From assembly GCA_965248195.1 (NCBI GenBank), contig CBDFIQ010000002.1, positions 1,824,001 to 1,888,000 on the forward strand: a stretch of DNA of 64,000 nt, read 5' to 3'. The DNA comes from Longimicrobiales bacterium (GTDB taxonomy: Bacteria > Gemmatimonadota > Gemmatimonadetes > Longimicrobiales > Gaopeijiaceae). A program made the translations under genes and the position numbers. Shown one piece after another: positions 60,352 through 64,000 of the stretch. Positions within the stretch are counted from its first letter, which is position 1. Each line of letters opens with the position of its first letter. The notes under the pieces were generated by a model that worked only from the letters and a program-made list of their open reading frames with translations, did not search any database and had not been told where the DNA came from.

Positions 60352-61041
60352 CTATTCGCCGCTCGCCGGACGGATCGGGGAAGCCACGCCAGCGTCCCTG
60401 TTCCTCAAGTGGGCGACGATCCGCGGAACCTCCTCGGTGGTCACGTTCTCGTAGTACCGTGAGTTGATCTGGACACACGTCGGAAAGCCGCAGCCTGCCA
60501 GGCATTCGGCCTCGATCACCGTGAACGCGCCGTCGATGGAGGTCGCGCCCATCTCCGTATTCGTGTGCTCCAAAAACGCCTCGAGCACGTCCTGCGCTCC
60601 ACAAAGGTTGCAGCTGATGTTGGTACACACCTGGACGAGGTGCCGCCCTACCGGTCGCTTGTTGTACATCGTGTAGAAGGTCGCCACCCCACGCACGTAG
60701 GCAGATGAAAGGTCGAGGAGCTCCCCCACGCGATCCATGGTCTCGGGAGAGATGTGCCCCCGAATCTCCTGGGCCAAATTGAGAGCCGGCAGCAGCGCAG
60801 CCCGCCTGGTGGGATACCTGGTCAGGATTTTTTCGAAGCGCGCCTCGTACGGCCCCTCGAAGAGGGGCGCCTCGGGATTCTTTTCCTCCAACATGAACGG
60901 ATACGTGGCCGATGCCGCAGGGTGTCCGCCCTCGAGCGGACGGATCCCCACGAAATCGGTCCCCCGAACCTGCTCTTCGGTCAGATCGTACTCGCCCACA
61001 TTTCCCGCCCAACCAGGGTTCCTGAAGGGGATCTCACTCAT
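60352..61041 (-). CDS. nuoE: NADH-quinone oxidoreductase subunit E, with N-terminal extension
   Basis: GVATFYTMY, CTNISC, ECLAGC; ATGA overlap with nuoD. Confidence 0.93.
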   Translation of the reverse strand: MSEIPFRNPGWAGNVGEYDLTEEQVRGTDFVGIRPLEGGHPAASATYPFMLEEKNPEAPLFEGPYEARFEKILTRYPTRRAALLPALNLAQEIRGHISPETMDRVGELLDLSSAYVRGVATFYTMYNKRPVGRHLVQVCTNISCNLCGAQDVLEAFLEHTNTEMGATSIDGAFTVIEAECLAGCGFPTCVQINSRYYENVTTEEVPRIVAHLRNRDAGVASPIRPASGE

Positions 61042-62243
61042 CGATCGATCTCGCCCAGCACAATGTCCAGAGAGGCGTTGATCATGATCAGGTCGGAAAC
61101 CAAGTGGCCCTCGGCCAGCTTGGCGATCACCGAAAGATTCACAAACGACGGCGGGCGAATCCGCCACCGTACCGGCTTCTCTCCGCCGTCACTTACCACG
61201 TACATCCCGAGCTCCCCCTTCGAACCCTCCACGGCGAAGTAACAGTCACCCGCAGGGACCGAGATGCCCTCCGTGATCAACTTGAAGTGGTGGATCATCG
61301 ATTCCATGTCGTTCATACAATCGGTCTTGCTCGGCAAGGAAACCCGGGGATCCGCAACATTGATCGGCCCATCCGGAAGACGCTCGAGGGCCTGCTCGAG
61401 GATGCGCAAGCTCTGCCGCATCTCCTCCATACGGACCAAATATCGGTCGTAGCAGTCTCCGTTTTCACCGATCGGGACGTCGAAATCGTACGTCTCGTAG
61501 TCGTAATAGGGATTGTCCTTGCGAAGATCGTAATCCACGCCGGAGGCTCTGAGGTTGGGGCCGGTGAAACCGTAGTTGAGCGCGTCCTCTCCAGAGATCA
61601 CTCCGATGTCGAGGGTACGCCCGAGATGGATTCCGTTTGTGGTCAGAAGAGAATCGATCTCGTCCAGTGTCTTGGGAAGGGTCTTCACGAAGTCGCGGAG
61701 CGAGTCGGTCCAGCCCTCGGGGAAGTCCGCCATCATTCCGCCGATTCGGGTGGCCGATGTGGTGATGCGTGCTCCCGTATACGATTCATGGAGCTCGTGA
61801 ATGCGCTCCCGTTCCTGAAACGCGTACAGGAAGGGAGTGAAGGCCCCCACGTCGATCGCGGTCGTCCCGAGCCAGAGCAGGTGGCTGAAGATCCGATCCA
61901 GCTCCATGCACAGCACACGGACGACCTTGCACCGCTCCGTCACCTCGAGTCCCATGAGTTTCTCGACCGCCATGACGTAGACGCAGTTGTAAATCAGGGG
62001 CGCCAGGTAGTCGATGCGGTCCGTCAGGGGAACGATCTGATTCCAGGTCCGGTACTCGCCGAGCTTTTCGAAGGAGGTATGCAGGAAGCCGATGTCGGGA
62101 GTGACCTTGAGCACGGTCTCGCCATCGAGTTCACATAGAAGACGCAGAACGCCATGCGTGGCGGGGTGCTGCGGCCCGAGGTTGATAAGCATGGGCTCCG
62201 AACGAAGATCCGACTCCCCAATCTCCAGGATTTTCTCCGTCAC
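61038..62243 (-). CDS. nuoD: NADH-quinone oxidoreductase subunit D
   Basis: NLGPQHPATHGVLR, DRIDY, C-terminal DIVLGEIDR. Confidence 0.97.
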   Translation of the reverse strand: MTEKILEIGESDLRSEPMLINLGPQHPATHGVLRLLCELDGETVLKVTPDIGFLHTSFEKLGEYRTWNQIVPLTDRIDYLAPLIYNCVYVMAVEKLMGLEVTERCKVVRVLCMELDRIFSHLLWLGTTAIDVGAFTPFLYAFQERERIHELHESYTGARITTSATRIGGMMADFPEGWTDSLRDFVKTLPKTLDEIDSLLTTNGIHLGRTLDIGVISGEDALNYGFTGPNLRASGVDYDLRKDNPYYDYETYDFDVPIGENGDCYDRYLVRMEEMRQSLRILEQALERLPDGPINVADPRVSLPSKTDCMNDMESMIHHFKLITEGISVPAGDCYFAVEGSKGELGMYVVSDGGEKPVRWRIRPPSFVNLSVIAKLAEGHLVSDLIMINASLDIVLGEIDR

Positions 62244-62941
62244 GGAGCGTCCTCCGCCGCCTCGTCCGTCGCGTCGGCCGGCTCCGGAGGTGCGAGCCCG
62301 GGGGCGCCACCCATCTTCAACGCGTCCGCCGTATAGTCGTCGTGATAGTCCTGGGACAGGGCGCGCTTCGTCTGTTCCGCCCTGGAAAAGCGCCCTCGCA
62401 GAGGAAAGTCCTTCCGGAGGGGATGGCCCTCTGCGTAGTTCTGCGGCATCAGAATCCGGCGAAGATCGGGGTGGCCCCTGAAATCGACACCGAACAGGTC
62501 GTAGACCTCCCGCTCGAGCCAATTCGCGGCATTCCAAAGCTCAACCACGCTGTCGAGGGAGAGCTCGTCGAGAGGCAGTTCGCACTTGACTCGCAGCGCC
62601 CGTTTGTGCGCCACGGACCACAACTGGTATACGATTTGTAGCGGTTTGCCGCCCCCGTAATCGACGGCTGTCACGTCGACCAGTAGATCATAGCGCTGCT
62701 CAGTGTCGTCCCTTAGCCACTCCAAAACCGATCGGTTACGGGCAGCATCGACGAACACCACGTGCTGATCGCCCGCCTGCACTTCATGGTGGAGGACCAT
62801 CGCGCCGAATCGGCTTTGAAGCGCCGTCACCGACGGGTGTCCTGCTGGCTCATCGTCGCTACCGCGAGGCGTACCCGTAGGGCTATCCGAGGTCTCGGGG
62901 CCTCGCTCCACCGCGTCGAACGCGGAGCCGCTCTCATCCAC
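62240..62941 (-). CDS. nuoC: NADH-quinone oxidoreductase subunit C
   Basis: DVTAVDY, WLEREVYDLFG..F.GHPDLRRIL, GHPLRKDFP. Confidence 0.96.
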   Translation of the reverse strand: MDESGSAFDAVERGPETSDSPTGTPRGSDDEPAGHPSVTALQSRFGAMVLHHEVQAGDQHVVFVDAARNRSVLEWLRDDTEQRYDLLVDVTAVDYGGGKPLQIVYQLWSVAHKRALRVKCELPLDELSLDSVVELWNAANWLEREVYDLFGVDFRGHPDLRRILMPQNYAEGHPLRKDFPLRGRFSRAEQTKRALSQDYHDDYTADALKMGGAPGLAPPEPADATDEAAEDAP

Positions 62942-62987
62942 CCTGGCGGGCCCTCTTGGTGGCTCGCGAACTTTGGGAACGGAACAT

Positions 62988-63294
62988 TAGAAGGCTGTTG
63001 AAGGAGTACAGTGGGCCGCGTTGCGGATGCCACGGCCCCAGCTCCTAGGCGGAGCGACGACGCCATAGCCGTAGCTATGGCTAGGAACTCCAACAACGGA
63101 GATGGGGTCGTGCCACCGCAACCCTTCAAGTTGTAAGGTCATATCATTCATGGTCATGGGCACAGGGCGGTTGTGCGGTTGATCCTGCGTCTCTCCTCCT
63201 CGGAGTAGCTCTGCTACGCCTCGTCGTCGTTCCTTGTCTGAACGCGCACAAGCGCCCTGTGCGCGACTCGCTGTACTCCTTCAACAGCCTTCTA
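62988..63294. mobile_element. Non-autonomous MITE-like element with 24-bp perfect TIRs and two internal 103-nt hairpin arms
   Basis: TAGAAGGCTGTTGAAGGAGTACAG (62988-63011) and its exact reverse complement (63271-63294). Outer TA is likely the target duplication. No credible ORF. Confidence 0.88.
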
Positions 63295-64000
63295 GGGAAG
63301 CAAGTCCTCGGAGCGCTCCGGGCGCGTGGTCTGAGCGAGGGAGGTGAGCTGTTCCTGTTGCGTCGAGTTTCCAAACGGGCCCGCCAGCGCCTCGACCTCT
63401 TCGGCGTCAGCGCGGGGACGCCCTACGAGCGAGGGATCTTCTGCCCTGAGCCCGTAGTGCTCCGACAGGCTCTCATGGCGAATCTTCTCCTGGATCATCA
63501 TCAAGCCGTAGATGAGACCTTCGGGACGTGGCGGGCAACCGGGGACGTAGACATCGACGGGGATGATGGTGTCGATCCCCTGAACCATGGAATAGGTGTC
63601 GAACACCCCGCCTGAGCTCGCACACGCGCCCATCGAGACAGACCACTTGGGCTGCATCATCTGGTCCCAGATCCGCCTCAGGACCGGTGCGAGCTTGTAG
63701 GGAACCCGACCGGCACAAATCAGCACGTCGGCCTGCCGCGGGCTGAACGACATGCGCTCCATTCCGAAACGAGCCAGATCGAAATTCGAAGCGGCCGAAG
63801 CCATCATCTCGATGGCGCAGCACGCGGTACCGAAGGGCATGGGCCAGAGCGAATTTCGCCTAGCCCAATTAACCACGAAATCCACCTTCGTGGTGAGGAA
63901 CGTCGGGCCCCCGAACCCGAGCAGTCCGCCCTTTCGTCCCTCCGCCTGGCCCAGCGCTTCAACGTCCGCGAGGCTCAGCGGATCTCCACCCTCACCGTCG
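63292..64000 (-). CDS. nuoB: NADH-quinone oxidoreductase subunit B (true start probably upstream of 63885, possibly outside window)
   Basis: [32 protein letters not shown]. Confidence 0.97.
   Translation of the reverse strand, partial: DGEGGDPLSLADVEALGQAEGRKGGLLGFGGPTFLTTKVDFVVNWARRNSLWPMPFGTACCAIEMMASAASNFDLARFGMERMSFSPRQADVLICAGRVPYKLAPVLRRIWDQMMQPKWSVSMGACASSGGVFDTYSMVQGIDTIIPVDVYVPGCPPRPEGLIYGLMMIQEKIRHESLSEHYGLRAEDPSLVGRPRADAEEVEALAGPFGNSTQQEQLTSLAQTTRPERSEDLLP

Noticed and set aside
62827..63374. Small ORFs overlapping the nuoB-nuoC insert (62827-63129, 63144-63374)
   Set aside because: They cross element boundaries, overlap nuo genes and have no transposase motifs.

Overview
GC-rich (~64%) bacterial chromosomal window, mostly core genome. 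Gene order and protein style suggest Gemmatimonadota (inference, not searched). Left end (1-9 kb): a peptide-export ABC transporter plus a short cytoplasmic S8 protease (QhpF/QhpE-like), D-Ala-D-Ala dipeptidase, HmuY, small beta-barrel, sirtuin, DUF423, a frameshifted MFS, a Crp/Fnr regulator and a TPR protein. A canonical 28-bp dif (XerCD) site lies at 9003-9030. To its right almost every gene is on the minus strand, consistent with the replication terminus. Those genes are rlpA, a lipid-linked glycosylation cluster, rpoN-lptBAC-kdsCA-pyrG-kdsB, trpG, nadE, ctpA (+), xerD, ispF, fab/plsX/rpmF, ndk, sucCD, UPF0182, PMM/PGM and nuoN-B. The most unusual item is a ~305-bp non-coding element inserted in the nuoB stop codon. 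It has perfect 24-bp terminal inverted repeats and two inverted 103-nt hairpin arms that share a conserved core, and two relics of the same terminus lie elsewhere in the window. Also notable: a 13-bp tandem array made of RBS+ATG units, two sigma54-type promoters, and an EIIA-like/CBS protein. No tRNA, rRNA or CRISPR array was seen. All calls are by eye from sequence motifs; no searches were run.
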